NCBI RefSeq assembly: GCF_009914755.1
Contig: NC_060927.1
From: the human T2T-CHM13v2.0 reference genome, Homo sapiens
Strand: one strand, 5' to 3'
Length of the DNA stretch: 64,000 nucleotides
Position numbers and translations under genes: made by a program
The notes under the pieces: model-generated
Told to the model about the DNA's origin: nothing
Seen by the model: only the letters and a program-made list of their open reading frames with translations
Database searches by the model: none
In this document: piece after piece, positions 26,980 through 44,639 of the stretch
How the letters are laid out: every line of letters starts with the position of its first letter
Numbering within the stretch: the stretch's first letter is position 1

Positions 26980-27352
26980 AGTTATATGAGTAAATATATG
27001 GGGCCAGCTGCCCTAAAATACCATGAAATATGAGTAGCTTAACACAACAAAGATCTATAGTTTATCTACATAAAAACTGGTGTTGAGTTGTCAAAGGCTG
27101 GCCTCGCTGGTGAGTCATGAAAAAAATCTTTCTTGTTTTGATTGTACCATCACAACCTGTGTCAGGGAAAAGAGAAAATAATGAAAATGAAGAAGGCTGG
27201 CTTTCAATTGGTTTGGTCTAGAAATAAAACATATTACTTCCACTCATAATCCACTAATCTGGACTAGACATGCAGTCCAAAATTAAATGGCAGGGAGGCT
27301 AAGAATTGTAGAAGAATATTTGAAATATTTGACCTTCAGTTGCATCTTCTAT
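26980..27352 (-). mobile_element. Old MLT1 (J/L-like) LTR
   Basis: gtagcttaacacaacaaag...ttacttccactcataatcca...gggaggctaagaattgtag. Confidence 0.55.
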
Positions 27353-29227
27353 GTAATATAATCTCTTTAAGGAACGTAGTTTTCACAATGGACTGAAGGT
27401 GCCATTGATCTTAAGTTGTCTGCTTTCCACTTTCAACCATCCCAGAGGCAAGGCTGTATTAATGGCTTGGCTACTGGCTTAGAATAGTGAGAACACACAC
27501 AAATTGTAACAATAAATTCTTCCAAGACACATTCTTTTCCTCCTGGTTTGAAAATCAGTATTAAATGTTTCTAACTCTGGATTCCTGGTCACATCTCCTA
27601 TTTCCCCCAGTGGCTGCAAGATAAGAAATTTTCATTCATGCAGTTCACATCTCATCTGCAAGTTTTTACCATACTCTGGTATGCAATCTTCTTAGGCCTG
27701 GAGACTTGAAATCATTTAGAGAAGGTAAATGCTATCTTATCATCTCCTTACCTATCTCTAGGTTCAATTGCTTTTTACCAATATTTATTTTGCCTTCTCC
27801 AGGCTAAAAATTATTCTCCTAGTCAGAGAATATGGAAGTAAAATAGAATTTTTACGATCCCATTTTGTATCACTTGTTGAATTTATAAAGTCTTACCAAA
27901 CATAGTACAGTTAAAGTTTTTGTTCTTGCTCTGAATATAATTGTAACTTAGAAAGATTTTATTTTCTTACACAGTTTTCTCACAAACCTTAACTCATTTT
28001 AGGCTTTCTGGTACTGTCCTCTTAGGCTCACGCTCCTTTATTATGTGTCTTTGGTTATATGCTTCTGCATCCTTTTTCAATATATAAATTTAAAAGTTAA
28101 AACCATCTAAGTGGTCCTTATGAAACCACTATGAATGTTCAGACACTATACTCGATGAGTTTTTAAATATTTTCATAGGTAGAAATTCAATTTCAAGTGA
28201 TTTCTTAACTCTCTGAACTTTTTCATTTTAAATTCTGAAACTTCATGACCATTTATATCTTTCACTTAAGCTCTTCGGTATCTTCCTACCTGAGGTTTAA
28301 GGTAGAATTTTCCCCTGGTCGTCATGATCACCAAGTGTTTAACATATCTTTTGTGCTAAATAAATGATTTTTGAATGAATTCATTTGAAATACACAAGGA
28401 AAGATTCCATTTCTATGATAATTCTATCAGTTTTAAAATCTTTTTTTAATCAAAACTGAATCTTTTTATCAGTCTTTAGACAATGTTGATGATTCAAACT
28501 GTTCTTTTTTTAAAATAGAAATTTCAAACTTTTTTTTTTTATAACTTCTGACAAGCTTTCTATTCATGGAGGTTAAATTTTGCCTAAACTGTTTTGAATG
28601 AGTATAACACTATAACACTAGCAGAGTCAAAATTACAGGTTTAATATCCATAGAAGACAGTTATCATCCCACATATAATTATATGTCATTTTACATTCTT
28701 ATCAACAGTATTCATTGGTTATCCAAGAGGTCAAAGGGATATAAAAAGCTCAGTGTAATTCCATTACCATTGCTAAGGGTACACAGTCTTTAATATATAT
28801 CTTTGCTATCTGTTTTCCTAAGATTTTGTAAGAAAAATTTAGTCTATATTCAATATTCTACAACTTTTAAAAAGTTTTACTCAAGATTTTTCAAGAGTTC
28901 TTCAGAATAAAGGAACGCAGTGTATGTTAAGTGAATGTCATTAACGTCAACATCAACATCAACAAAAGAGCAGATATTCATAAATCATAATCAGAGAAAG
29001 TTACAATAAATAGAATAAAGTTTAGAAACAAGAATTTGCTTAATTCACAGCCTTCTACCATACATTTCTTTATAAAACCCAGGAAGAATAGTTCTTACAA
29101 TACTTCTAGAAATGGGAATCCTCTTTTGGTAATTCCTTTTTAAATCAGTCATACTAGAACTTCCCTCTATTACCTTCCTAAATGATCTTTTCTTTCTTGA
29201 ATTCCAAGTCTTTGCTAGAGATTTGTT

Positions 29228-29425
29228 CAAGGTTATAAAATTACAGGTAAATAGAAGGAATAAATTATGTTGTTCTCTACCACTATAGGATGACTGCAGT
29301 TAACAGCAATATATCGTTTCAAATAGCTAGAAGGAGGATACTGAATGTTCTCAACACAAAGAAACTCATATTTGAAATGATGGATATACCTATTACACTA
29401 ACATGGTCACTATATACTATATGCA
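29228..29425 (+). mobile_element. L1MA 3' UTR fragment
   Basis: aaattacagg...tagaaggaataa...caaatagctagaagg...aacacaaagaaa. Confidence 0.85.
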
Positions 29426-29507
29426 GTGAACCAAGATAGCCCCACTGTACTCCAGCCTAGGTGACAGAGTGAGACTTCGTCTCAAAAAAAAAAAAAAAAA
29501 AAAAAAA
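29422..29507 (+). mobile_element. 5'-truncated Alu right-arm end with A24 tail
   Basis: tgcagtgaaccaagat...ctccagcctaggtgacagagtgagac. Confidence 0.9.
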
Positions 29508-29705
29508 GAGGGAGTTCTTTAGGTTGAAATGAGAGGTAACTAAAGAGCAACATGATAGTATGAGAAAGTATGGAACTCATTGGTAAAAGTAAAGTAAATA
29601 TGTGAATAAATACAAAATTCCACATCACTGTAACAGCGGAAGGTAAGTCACTCTTAATTCTAATATAAAGTTTAAAAACCAAATTATTAAAAATATCTAT
29701 ACGAA
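29508..29705 (+). mobile_element. L1M ORF1-end/inter-ORF fragment
   Basis: gggagttctttaggttgaaatg...cattggtaaaagtaa. Confidence 0.6.
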
Positions 29706-32700
29706 AAATATTTTAAAAGACTGACAAACTGATTGTAGAATTCACATGGAAACACAAAAGACCTAGAATAGTGTAAAACTTTGAAAAATAAATAATTGAT
29801 AACTGATATTATCTGATTTTAATACATTATGATTTCCCTAGCTACAGTAATGTTTTGAGTGTTATAGGCATAAAAATACAAAAATAGGTCAATGGAAACT
29901 AATAGAGTTGAGAAATAGGCCCACAAATATATTAACAATTTAATTTTTTTTGAAAGGTGGGGTCTGACTATGTTACCCAGGCAGGTCCAAACTTCTGGCC
30001 TCAAGTGATCCTCCCTGAGGATCTCTGATAGTTTGCCTCTCCGACAATTTTGGCAAAGGCACAAAAGCAATTCTGTGGGAAAAAAATAGTCTTTTTGACA
30101 AATGATGCTGGAACAACTGGAAACACATATGCAAAACAGTGATTTTTAACCTGCATCTCACAGTGAATACAAAATTTAATTCAAAATGTATTACCAGCCT
30201 AAATGTAAAACCTGAAAGTGTAAAAATACCAGATGAAAACATAAGAGAAAAGTCTTTGTGATCCACTGTTACAACACAAAAATTATGATCTATAAAAATA
30301 TGGTTAAGTTAAACTTGATCAAAATTTCAAAAGTTAGCTCTTTGAAAGGCACTGTTAAAAGAATGGAAAGACAAGCCACAAGCTGAGAGAAAATATTTGC
30401 AAATTATACATGTGATAAAGAAATAATTTTTAGAACATATGAGGAATTCTCAAGAGAGTATATGATAACAAAAACCCAGTTAAAATATGGCAAGAAATGT
30501 AAATAGACACTTAGAAAAAAGAAGTTATATGGATGAAAAATAAGCACAGAAAGAGATGTTTATCATTAGGGAAATGCAAATTGAAATTATGATGTGATAA
30601 CACTGTAAACTTGTAAGAACATCTAAAATGTAAAAGACTTACCATGTCAAGTGTTGATGAGAATGTAAATAAATGGGGGTTTCATACACTGCTGGTGGGA
30701 AAGTAAAATTCTACAATAGTTTTGGAAAATGTTTGGCAATTTCTTATAAAGTTAACATTGACTGATTATGTAATCTGGACATTTTACTCCACCCATCAAA
30801 AGAAATGAAAGCATATGTCTATACCAAGGCATACCTGCATGTTTGTAGTAACTTTAGTAGTATTAAAAAACTGGAGGGGGGTCAAGATGGTGGACTAGAA
30901 GCCAGTGTGCACCACTCTCACAGAGAGGAAGCAAAGTAGTAAGTAATCACTGACCCTGCAAGCCAATCATCTAAGAAACCACATCAGGTTCCATCAAAAG
31001 ACTGAGAAGACACAGAGAACAGAGAAGAGCAAAGCTGGGCAGCAGCCTATCTGGAATTGATGTGGAGCCAGAGGAAGCTCCCCAAAATGGGGAAATAGTG
31101 AATGAGTGAAAGTCCCCAGGGGACTCACACTTCCAACAAGTATCTATGTAATCCTGGGAATGGGAGAATGCCCCTGACTCCCCTGGGCCTCTAAATTGAT
31201 ACAGAGAGTTACCTGGAGTTTTTGCAGAGGTAAGACTCAAGACCAAGGGGACCCCCACAGGTCTTGGACCCTGGAGCAGCCTGATGTCAACTGCCATAGC
31301 CCAGTAGAGGCTGCAGTCATGGTGCCTGGGAGCAGTAAGATTGCTTTACTCCCCCTTGCCAGACAAGGCTTAGTGCCAGCTTCCCTCATGGTGGTCCCAC
31401 TTCTGTCTAAACTCTGCCAGAGAATACAGCTCCCTGATCCCCTGGGAAGCACCCAGGTGATGGAGCAAGAAACTTCACCAACCCCTGCTGCTTATAGCTG
31501 AGTGAGACATGCCTGCTGGGGCTTCCAGCAGAGCAGACTCAATTCTGCCTGACTCTGTGGGTGGATGCAGCTTTGAATTCCTCTGGGAAACAGATGTGCT
31601 GCCCCCTAGCTGGTCAGGAATCACTGATCTGGGTAGTGTCAGGTGAGGAACAGCCCTCAATCTCAGAACACTGAGAGGGATGAGCCACCTGGGTTTGCAG
31701 CCAGTGGGAGTGTGAGGCATTTTTCCCTCTTCAAGGCTGCCTCAGGAAGGGTACAGTTCATGCCTGAGGGAACCCTGTAGATCAGCATATCCAACAAAGG
31801 AAATGTGGGCATGGAGCCAGTGACTGAAGAGAGCTCCTCTAAGCCCCAAGAACAGACCAGGTGATGGTGCCATCTCTTCCCCCACCTCACCACAGAGCAC
31901 TACTGCCAACTGCACCAAAATACATGAGAGTCATGCAACTAAGGAGCCTATCTTCTAGCCAACACTCTTAAGTGCCACCTACTGGATTGCAGCCCAGAAT
32001 AAAACACCAAAATATTTTGCCAGTATACAGCACCTGTGAAAACTAAGGCAAAAATTTAGCCACAAGTAAAGATTCTATACAGAGCCTTGGCCCTCTGAAA
32101 ATGCCCAGAAATAAAGGCAACTATTACTCAACTTATATCTCAGTTAAAGGAACACCATCCATTACACATGAGAAAGAATCACTGCAAGAATTCTGGCAGT
32201 TCAAAAATCCAGAGTGTCCCCTTAAATCCAAACCTGCACACTAGTTCCCCCAAAATAGTGCTTAACCAGATTGAGATGACTGAAATGATAGACATAGAAT
32301 TCAGAATCTGATGGCAGGGAAGCTCACTGAAGTCCAGGAGAAAGCTGAAACCTGATCCTAGGAATCTAAGAAATCCAGTAAAACTATACAGGAGTTGGAA
32401 GTAAAAATAGTCATTTTAAGAAAGAAGCAAAGTGACCCTCTGGAACTGAAGAACTCACATTAAGAATTTTACAATACGATTCAAAGCATTAACATCAGAA
32501 TAGATCAAACTGAAGAAAGAATCTCAGAGCTTAAAGACTGGTTTTTCAAGTCAACTCAGACAAAATAGAGAAAAAAGAATTTAAAAAAAATAAAGAACCC
32601 CAAGAAATATTGGATTATGTAAAGAAACCAAATCTATGACTCATTACCATTCCTGAAAAAAAAAGGAGAGTAAGCAACTTGGAAAACATATTTGAGTATA

Positions 32701-33309
32701 TTTGAGTAAAAACATTTATTTGTCCATGGGAATTTCCCCAACCTTGTTAGAGAAGAGAACATGCAAATTCAAGAAATACAGAGAACCTCTGTGAGATACT
32801 ATAAAAGGTGTACCCCAAGGCATATAGTCATCAGCTTCACCAAGGTGAATGCAAAGGAAAAAGTCTTAAAGGCAGCTAGAGAGTAAGGTCAGGCCATATA
32901 CAGAGGGAACTCCAAGAGTCTAGCAGCAGACCTCTCAGCATAAACCTTACAGTTCAGAAGATATTAGGGGCCTATTTTTAGCATTTTTAAAGAAAATAAA
33001 TTAAATCCAAGAATCTTGTATCTTGCAAAACTAAGCTTCATAAGTGAAACATAAAAAAAAATCATTCTCAGAGAAGCTAGTGCCAAGGGAAATTGTTACC
33101 ACTAGACCAGCCTTACAAGAGATCCTTAAGGGAGTGCTAAATATGGAAACAAAAGATGAAAACCTGCTACCACAAAAATACATTCAAAAACATATCCCAC
33201 AGGCAATATAAAGCAATTATACAATCAAGTCTGCAAAACAAACAGCCAACAACATGATGACAGGATCAAAATCATGCCAGTTAGAAAGGTGATCATTAAA
33301 AAGTCAGGA

Positions 33310-37077
<3,768 letters not shown>

Positions 37078-37208
37078 TATGTATGTGTGTATATATATAT
37101 ACTTTATATATATTATATATTATATATATAATATATAATATATATAAAAATATATATAATAAATATGTATGTATATATATATACTTTATATATACTTTAT
37201 ATATATAT
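37078..37208. repeat. (TA)-rich low-complexity tract replacing the L1 tail
   Basis: tatatata arrays with repeated tactttata units. Confidence 0.95.
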
Positions 37209-39409
37209 AAAGTCAGGAAAGAACAGATGCTGGAGAGGACGTGAAGAAAAAGAATGCTTTTACACTGTTGGTGGGAGTGTAAATTAGTTCAACCATTTTG
37301 GAAGATAGTGTGGTGATTCCTCAAGGTTCTAGAACCAGAAATATCATTTGACCCAGCAATCTCATTACTGGGTATATACCCAAAGGATTATAAATCATTC
37401 TACTAGAAAGACACATGCACAAGTATGTTTATTGTGGCACTATTCACAATAGTAAAGACTTGGTACCAACCAAAATGCCCATCAATGATAGACTGGATTA
37501 AGAAAATGTGGCACATATACACCATGGAATACTATGCAGCCATAAAAAAGGATGAGTTCATGTCCTTTGCAGGTACATGGATGAAGCTGGAAACCATCAT
37601 TCTCAATAAACTAACACAGAAACAGAAAACTAAACACTGCATGTTCTCACTCATAAGTGGGAGTTGAACAATGAGAACACATGGACACAGGGAGGGGAAC
37701 ATCACATACTAGGACCTGTCAGGGGCTGAGGGGCATTAGGAGAAATACCTAATGTAGATGACGGGTTGATGGGTGCAGCAAACCACCATGGCATGTGTAT
37801 ACCTATGTAACAAACCTGCACATTCTCCACGTGTATTCCAGAACTTAAAGTATAATAATAATAATAATCTTGTGTATCAATACTTACCCTGAATGTAGAT
37901 GGTCTAAATGTCCCGCTTAAGATGCACAGAGTGGCATGCTGGATAAAAAGACAATACCCAACTGTCTGCTATCTTCAAAGTCACAAAAGTCAATGAATAA
38001 CAGAGGCTGGCAAGGTTGTGGAGAAAACGCTTGTACACTACTTTGGTAATGTCAATTAGTTCAGACATTGTGAAAAGCAGTTTTCAAATGTGTCAAAGAA
38101 CTTAGAACAGAACTATCATTTGACCTAGAAAGCCCATTATTTTTTATATACCCAAAGGAATATAAATTATTCTAACATGAAAACACATGAATATGTATGT
38201 TCATCACGTTTGCTATTCACAATAGTGAAGACATGGAATCAACATTAACAGTAGACTGGATAAAGGAAATGTGATACATATACACCATGGTATATTACAC
38301 AGACAAAAAAGATTATGTCCTTTGCAGCAATGTGGATGGAGCTGGAAGATTTGCTTATCTTAAGCAAACTAATGCAGGAGCAGAAAAATAAATGCCACAT
38401 GTTTTCACTTATAAGGGGTAGCTAAACAATGAGTACACATGGATACAAATGGGGATACAATAGCAAAGACATGAAATCAACCTAGGTGTCCATCAACAAT
38501 GTATGTGATAAAGAAAATATGATACATATACACCATGGAATACTGTGCAGCCATAAAAAGAATATGATTATGTCCTTTACAGTAACATGGATGGAGTTGG
38601 AGGCCTTTATCCTAAACAAATTAATGAGAAAAACAACACCAATATTGCATGTTCTCATAGTGAGAACTAGATATTAAGTATACATAAACATAAAGATGGG
38701 GACAGTAGACACTGGGGACTACAAGATGTAGGAGGGAAGGAGGAAGGGGGTGTGGGCTGTAAAGATGTCAATTATTATGCTCACTATCTGGGTGATGGCA
38801 TCATATGTATCCCAAAACTTGGTGTCATGCAATATGCCAATGTAACTAACCTACATATCCTTTAATGTATAATAAAAGTTGAAATTATGAAAAAAAGGAA
38901 AATCACAAAATATGAATCAATAGGTAAATGAATAAACATATTTTTGATATTCATATAATGGAACACTACTCTGTAATGGGAAAAAAATGTACTACTAATA
39001 CTAATACTTGGTAAAAAAAAAAAAAAAAGGTAATGGTTTTGAAAATAATATCCTGGGTGAAAGAAGCCAAGCCAAGACAAGTACATACTGAATGACTGAT
39101 TCCATTTACATGAAATTCTAGAAAATGCAAACTAGTTTTTAGTGACAGAAAGCATAAAGGTAGTTTCCTAGAATTGGGGGATGGCGTGGGAATTAGATGA
39201 TTGAGGTGGAATAAAAAGGATTATAAAAGGCATGAGAGAACTTTTGGGGTCAATCATTAAATTCAATATCTTGATTGTTTCATAGATACATACGAGATGT
39301 GTTCCAAATCTTACCAAATGTACACTTTAAATACACTGTACTTCATTTATACTTTAATAAGCTGTTAAAAACCAATCAAAGAATGTGGTAAGGTAATTTT
39401 ATTCATATA

Positions 39410-39618
39410 AATGATCCCTAAATTATGATGGTTTGACTTTACAATGGTGCAAAAGTGATATTCGTTCAGTATGCTCCTTGACTTATGATGGAGTTACACC
39501 TGGATAAACTCACTGTAAGTTAAAAACATCATATGTCTAGAACACACTTTTGACTTATATTTCAACTTACAATTGGTTTTTCAGGATGTAATCCCATTGT
39601 TAAGATGAGGAGCATCTG
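39410..39618. mobile_element. Tigger-family MITE (MER47/Tigger5-like), rearranged
   Basis: End-type sequences atgctccttgacttatgatgg and its inverse ...gaggagcatctg. Confidence 0.75.
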
Positions 39619-39619
39619 A

Positions 39620-40265
39620 ACAAGTAACAATAGCTTTCCTTGATCCTGGCAATCAGAACCTATTCATGGAAATTAGATAAAAAGTTTAATCAAATGAGTA
39701 CCCCAAATATAAAATCTTTAGAAATAACTTTACCAAGAAAGTAGTAAGAGTCACGGAGGATTCTATTAAATGTAGAGGAAAGATATAAAACAAGATATAA
39801 CAAAAGGAAATACAAACCCTCTTCTTAGATGGGAGACTTAATGTCACATAAAAATTATATTTTCTATAACTAATATATTACAATCCAAGCACTGTTTGGA
39901 AAGATATAGACTGATATAGACTGGATAAAATAACCTCAAAATGTCCTGCAAGATTATATGCTTTAGAATAGTGAAGATATTTTAATATCAATGCAAATAA
40001 TGAAATGAGACTTATCAGATTTAAGAACATACAACAAAGCTACTATGACAAAATCTATATGGCAGTGGTATATTAATAAATCAGTGGAACTGAAAGACAA
40101 TTCATCAATAGATGCCAGTACACCTGAAAATGTTATTTATTTCTAAGACACTATATAAAATCAATGAGAAAGAATAGTTTATTTAATGTGAAAACAACTA
40201 GAAGAAAATTAGATTGGATCTCTATGTCATACAATATACAAAATAAATTTCAGACTCTTTATTTT
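39620..40265 (+). mobile_element. Ancient L1M ORF2 fragment
   Basis: acttatcagatttaag...caaagctac...ggcagtggta...atacaaaaataaatt. Confidence 0.65.
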
Positions 40266-40329
40266 CAATAACCGGAAAAAATCAAGTGTGGTGGTCCCCA
40301 TCATTTTCCTACTTATTTCATCCTTCTAG

Positions 40330-40801
40330 TACATGTCAAAACCAGATGGGTCAGGTAGGTTACTTTAATATAAGCATGTGGGAGCTTTAATCACAGTTGC
40401 CTGGAATAGCCTGGCTATTGTCAGATCTACTGGGCCACAAATTCGGGTATGAATACCACAACCCTTTAGATAATAGAAGTTTCACATTTGAGTTTGGGCC
40501 GGGTTAGATCCAGAAGCCATGAAAAATTATGTGAATATGTGGTCCAGACTCCCTTGGAACCTACCTCTGTTTCACTTCAACTCCTACTTATAGCCTCATG
40601 GGAATTAACTGAAAGAGAAGTAAAGCACTTGAATCTGATTCCAAAATGCCAGCACAAGATGGTGCTTACCTACCTTACTCCATTATAGCCCCCCTACTAG
40701 GAACAGTGGTGAAGGGAAATCCACCCTCCTAATGGACAGAAATGAGAGCAGTTCGTTCCATCATTCACCTCATGGAGGAAGTTGGGAATAAGTGGTCTAA
40801 G

Positions 40802-40835
<34 letters not shown>

Positions 40836-41940
40836 CCACACACATACGTACCTTAGCAGTGGAAATAAAATAGCCTGATTGACCGAACAGATATGTAAAT
40901 GAACAAGACTAGAAGATCAGGACCAGGAGATCTGGAGAAGAGGGTGGTAGAAGGACCTATGGGGAAGGGCGCAAAGAGTGCAGACTTTTTTAATGTCCAC
41001 CATTGCAGATGAGAATCTCACAAATCAATGGACAGAATGACATGAACTGCATGTCATTTGGTCTCTTAGTAACTTTAGTCCTTGTGTAACGGGTTCATAA
41101 AAAGAGTAGCTACGGTAGCAGGGATGAAGGTTATGCCTGGACTCAATTGCATAGTCTTCCTTTTGCCAGAGTTTGCAGTCTCCCTTCTACCAGAAGCTAC
41201 TGCTTCTTCTGAATGTCTAATCTGGCAGCGTAAGAGACTGATGCTAAGCTCCTAAAATGGAACTGTTCCCTGAGAAAACCAACTAGCTATTGATGTCAGG
41301 GTTATTACACTTCACTTCTATCCTGGAGGAGGCAGCATTTTTTTTCTTATTACAATCAATAAATACTTATACTAGATATGAGTTGGTTTTTCTTATCCAC
41401 AGTGATGATGCCTCCGTCATCACTACTATCTGATTGCTTATAGAGTGTCTGATTTATAAACTTGTCATCCTACAAGCTGTTGCCTCAAACCCGGGGTACC
41501 ATTTGATGGAAAAATACACACAAAAATGAAAAACATTGTTATAAGATCCACTAATCTTAAACATTCACCAGAAGCAATCAACTTATTAGAATGACGAAAT
41601 GGGCTATTTAGCAAAGGAATTAGCTTTGGGACAAACTCTTCAAGGGTAGGACACTGATCTCTAATAGGTTATATATTTACTGAACAGTTGATTTTTTAGA
41701 GGGGTATCCTTCAGCTAAATTCTGTAATTCCAGGCATTCAGTGTGGGTTGGAGAATAGGCTCCTGTCAACATCTCACTATCTTTGAGATAGGGGTTTCAG
41801 TAGGATATCTCTTGGTGTTTTAATATTTCTGTAAAAAAGATTAATAGTAAATAGCCATTGCATTAACTATGCCCTGTCAAGGGCAAGACAACCAAAGACT
41901 CAGAATCTTTGGGGAGGAGATTTGAATTGAAAACTTCCAT
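40330..41940 (+). mobile_element. ERVL internal pol remnant (RNase H and integrase)
   Basis: Degenerate SGEGKS..W.E.RAV (~40705), ASNPGYH (cf. ASDQGTHF, ~41480), PEA..L.E..NGL (~41567). Confidence 0.75.
40804..40833. repeat. (GT)15 microsatellite
   Basis: Perfect run. Confidence 0.97.
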
Positions 41941-44639
41941 TCCAATTAATTTTAAAAATACACCAACAAATATGCTATCTTGAGATTTTACACATGACTT
42001 GGTTTACTTCCAAGCTTCATTTAGACTCCAAGTTAGATTGTTTTTACATGTATTAGCTTTATTAATATGCCTTTATTTTCCTCCCTTTTCTTCCCATGCT
42101 GCTCTTATAATACCTTCCATATATGTTTACATTTCTTAGTAAAAATGATTTAAAATGTTTAAATTAAAAAGTCTGAGTTTTCTTTATTAATAAAAGCATG
42201 GCAAGTTTATATTTTCTTCCTAAGTTCACCATCAGTATTATCAAATAATAGAAACATATTCTTTGTATTTCTTTTAAATCCTTTAAAATACATTTCCAAA
42301 CATTTTTCAAAGAAATGGGGCCTTTCCATTTTAGTTCTTATTATTTCTGTGTGGAATCTTCGGAAGCAAAAAATGTCCTATAGTTAAGTGAATGAATCCT
42401 TTTCTCCTTAATATCCCTTCCTTCCAAATAGGATTAATAACACTAGAACATTATGGAAGAAGCTCTATGGAACATTATAGCTATATTACAAATAATTTGG
42501 GGACTTTTTTATATTTGTTGAACATAGAGATATATAGAAGAATGTCAGAGATAGGAAAAAAGGCATTATATCTACTATCATGGCTATGAAAATAACAGCT
42601 GGTTATATTTACCAGGCATCTAAGAAATAGGTGACAGTTTCAAAGGTGGTCTAGATTTGTTCTGACAAATTTTAGAAGTTATAAACATGGATTCACAGTA
42701 ATTGGGAAATTTGAAAACTTTTTTCCAATATTCATCAGTGTGTTCCACTTTGAATAATTTAGCCACATAATGCACTGTGTCCACAGGCAAACTGTTTATG
42801 CAACGTAGCAATATATTTTAAATAATATTTTATTATTTGAGAGGACAAATTTTGTTGGCATAGAAATAAATGAGAAGTTTAGGTTAATAACTTAATAATT
42901 ATATTATATTTTAATAGCTTATTCTCTGGGTCTGAATGAGAAAATATTTTAGAATTTAGATGCTTTTAAACATTTTATTCTAGCTCTGAAAATGAAGTAA
43001 TCTGAGATCTTGTTACCTTCATGTCCTCACAACTTTATGGTGCCCACAACTTCATAAGTACCATAAAGGCCTTGTTTAATGCGTTGTGTCAAATGGTTAA
43101 GAATATTACTTTCTAATCCATTATGAATAACCTGGCATGACCCTCTAATGCACCTATCAGCTTGATGCCTCTTAGAAGAACTTCATTCTAAAACTAAACC
43201 TCTCATTAAAGCCTTCAAGTCAAATTTTTGGTAATAGAAATAAGTGAAATAAAAATATTTTATTGAACAAATTTGTAGGATCTGATGATATTCTCTGAAG
43301 AACCCTCAGGACGTTAACTTGTTGACCCTGACATCTCATTATGTTCTCAAGGAGACAAACATCCAAATTTCTAACCACAGGAAACATTAAATGTAAACAA
43401 ATCAAATTCAGAACCATTTCTTAGTAACAAATCTACTAAACACTTTTACAACCTCTCGTTTTCCCACATTACTATTTTTATTATTTTCAGCAATGGTTAA
43501 GCCTTTCTAAAAGCATAATTCTGGATAACAGGCAGAGGGTGAAAGTTCACTTCTGAGCAGGTGAAAGGAATAGGGAAACCACACAAAAATGATCTCTAAA
43601 ATTGCACCTGAGGATTACCTGCTATTATATAGACAGGTCCTACGGATTTGTTTTGAGCTCTAGGGCTAGAGAGCAGCTCTGGCTCTTCCCACCTAAAAGA
43701 GAATAGAGCCAGGACATGACAATCAGCAGAGCTAAGTGCCACGTGTGTATGTGTGTATGCATGTTTGTGAGAGTCAAGGGTTTAATTGCTTGGAGGCTAG
43801 CAATTTACCTCATAGCAGGCATTCCATCAGTCTTTACTAGGATGTAGGAAGTTCAAGGGCAGGAACAAGCTTTACATAGTCTCTCTTATGTTTCTGCCTT
43901 GCCCAGCTGCATAATCTATATTACATGCACGTTATAAGACAAATAACTTTTATAAATGAAAAAATAAAATTTAATTTGCCATGTCATGATCAATAAGACT
44001 ATCTTTTTTCTCTTTCCTTAAAAGTACGTTGAAAGTGAATTTAAAAGAGCAACAATTATAGCTTTTTCTATGCTTAGCTATGCTTTTCTTTGGAACAAAT
44101 AGAGGGCTTTTCTATTGGATTCATAAGTTAGAAGGGAGATTTTAAAATAATCTGTCTATGGGCACATATGTCCCTTTTAGTGGTCTTGAGAATCTTGATA
44201 TTTATTTTTTCCATTGACTTTGAATTTATAAAGTATCTATTTTCTTATCAAAGTAAATGAATGCAGATTTTACATCAATTTTGTTAGGATCTTTATCAGA
44301 GAGGTCTTAAAGTCTTTTAATAATCAGAAATAAACTAGGACACTTAATTACAAAATTGTTAATTATATGAGATAAATGTTAAGATGAACAGAAGTAGGCA
44401 TGAAAATTAAAAGACTTAGGTCATTTAAGTCATCAGGTTGTTTGGGATGCTGGCTCATTAGCAAACACAGTCCCTGTATACTGTATTGTAAAAGGAAGCT
44501 GAAGAGTTGGCAGCCCTATGACAAGACAGTAAAGTTACACTGTTGTCTCCGACACATAAATGCAAATTGTTTACGATTTTCTTTACTGAATTTTGTAGAA
44601 AATAAATTATTTGTTACATATTAAGTGCTAAAACTTGTT

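Larger units (their letters stand above)
25740..28300 (-). mobile_element. Long L3/CR1 remnant interrupted by two MLT1 LTRs
   Basis: cagttccttcaactattcc, cctcttaaattgtgatgtccccaaatttacacag, aaatgttttgaacaggacag; resumes at ~27.5 kb (aggcctggagacttgaaatcattt). Confidence 0.65.

Noticed and set aside
31596-31613. CTCF-like motif (ccagctagggggcagc on minus); weaker ones at ~5162, ~18450, ~40688
   Set aside because: Each mismatches a key core position; not supportable without ChIP data
30971-31893. GC-richer ORF cluster or possible promoter island
   Set aside because: Old L1 5' UTR, CpG-depleted
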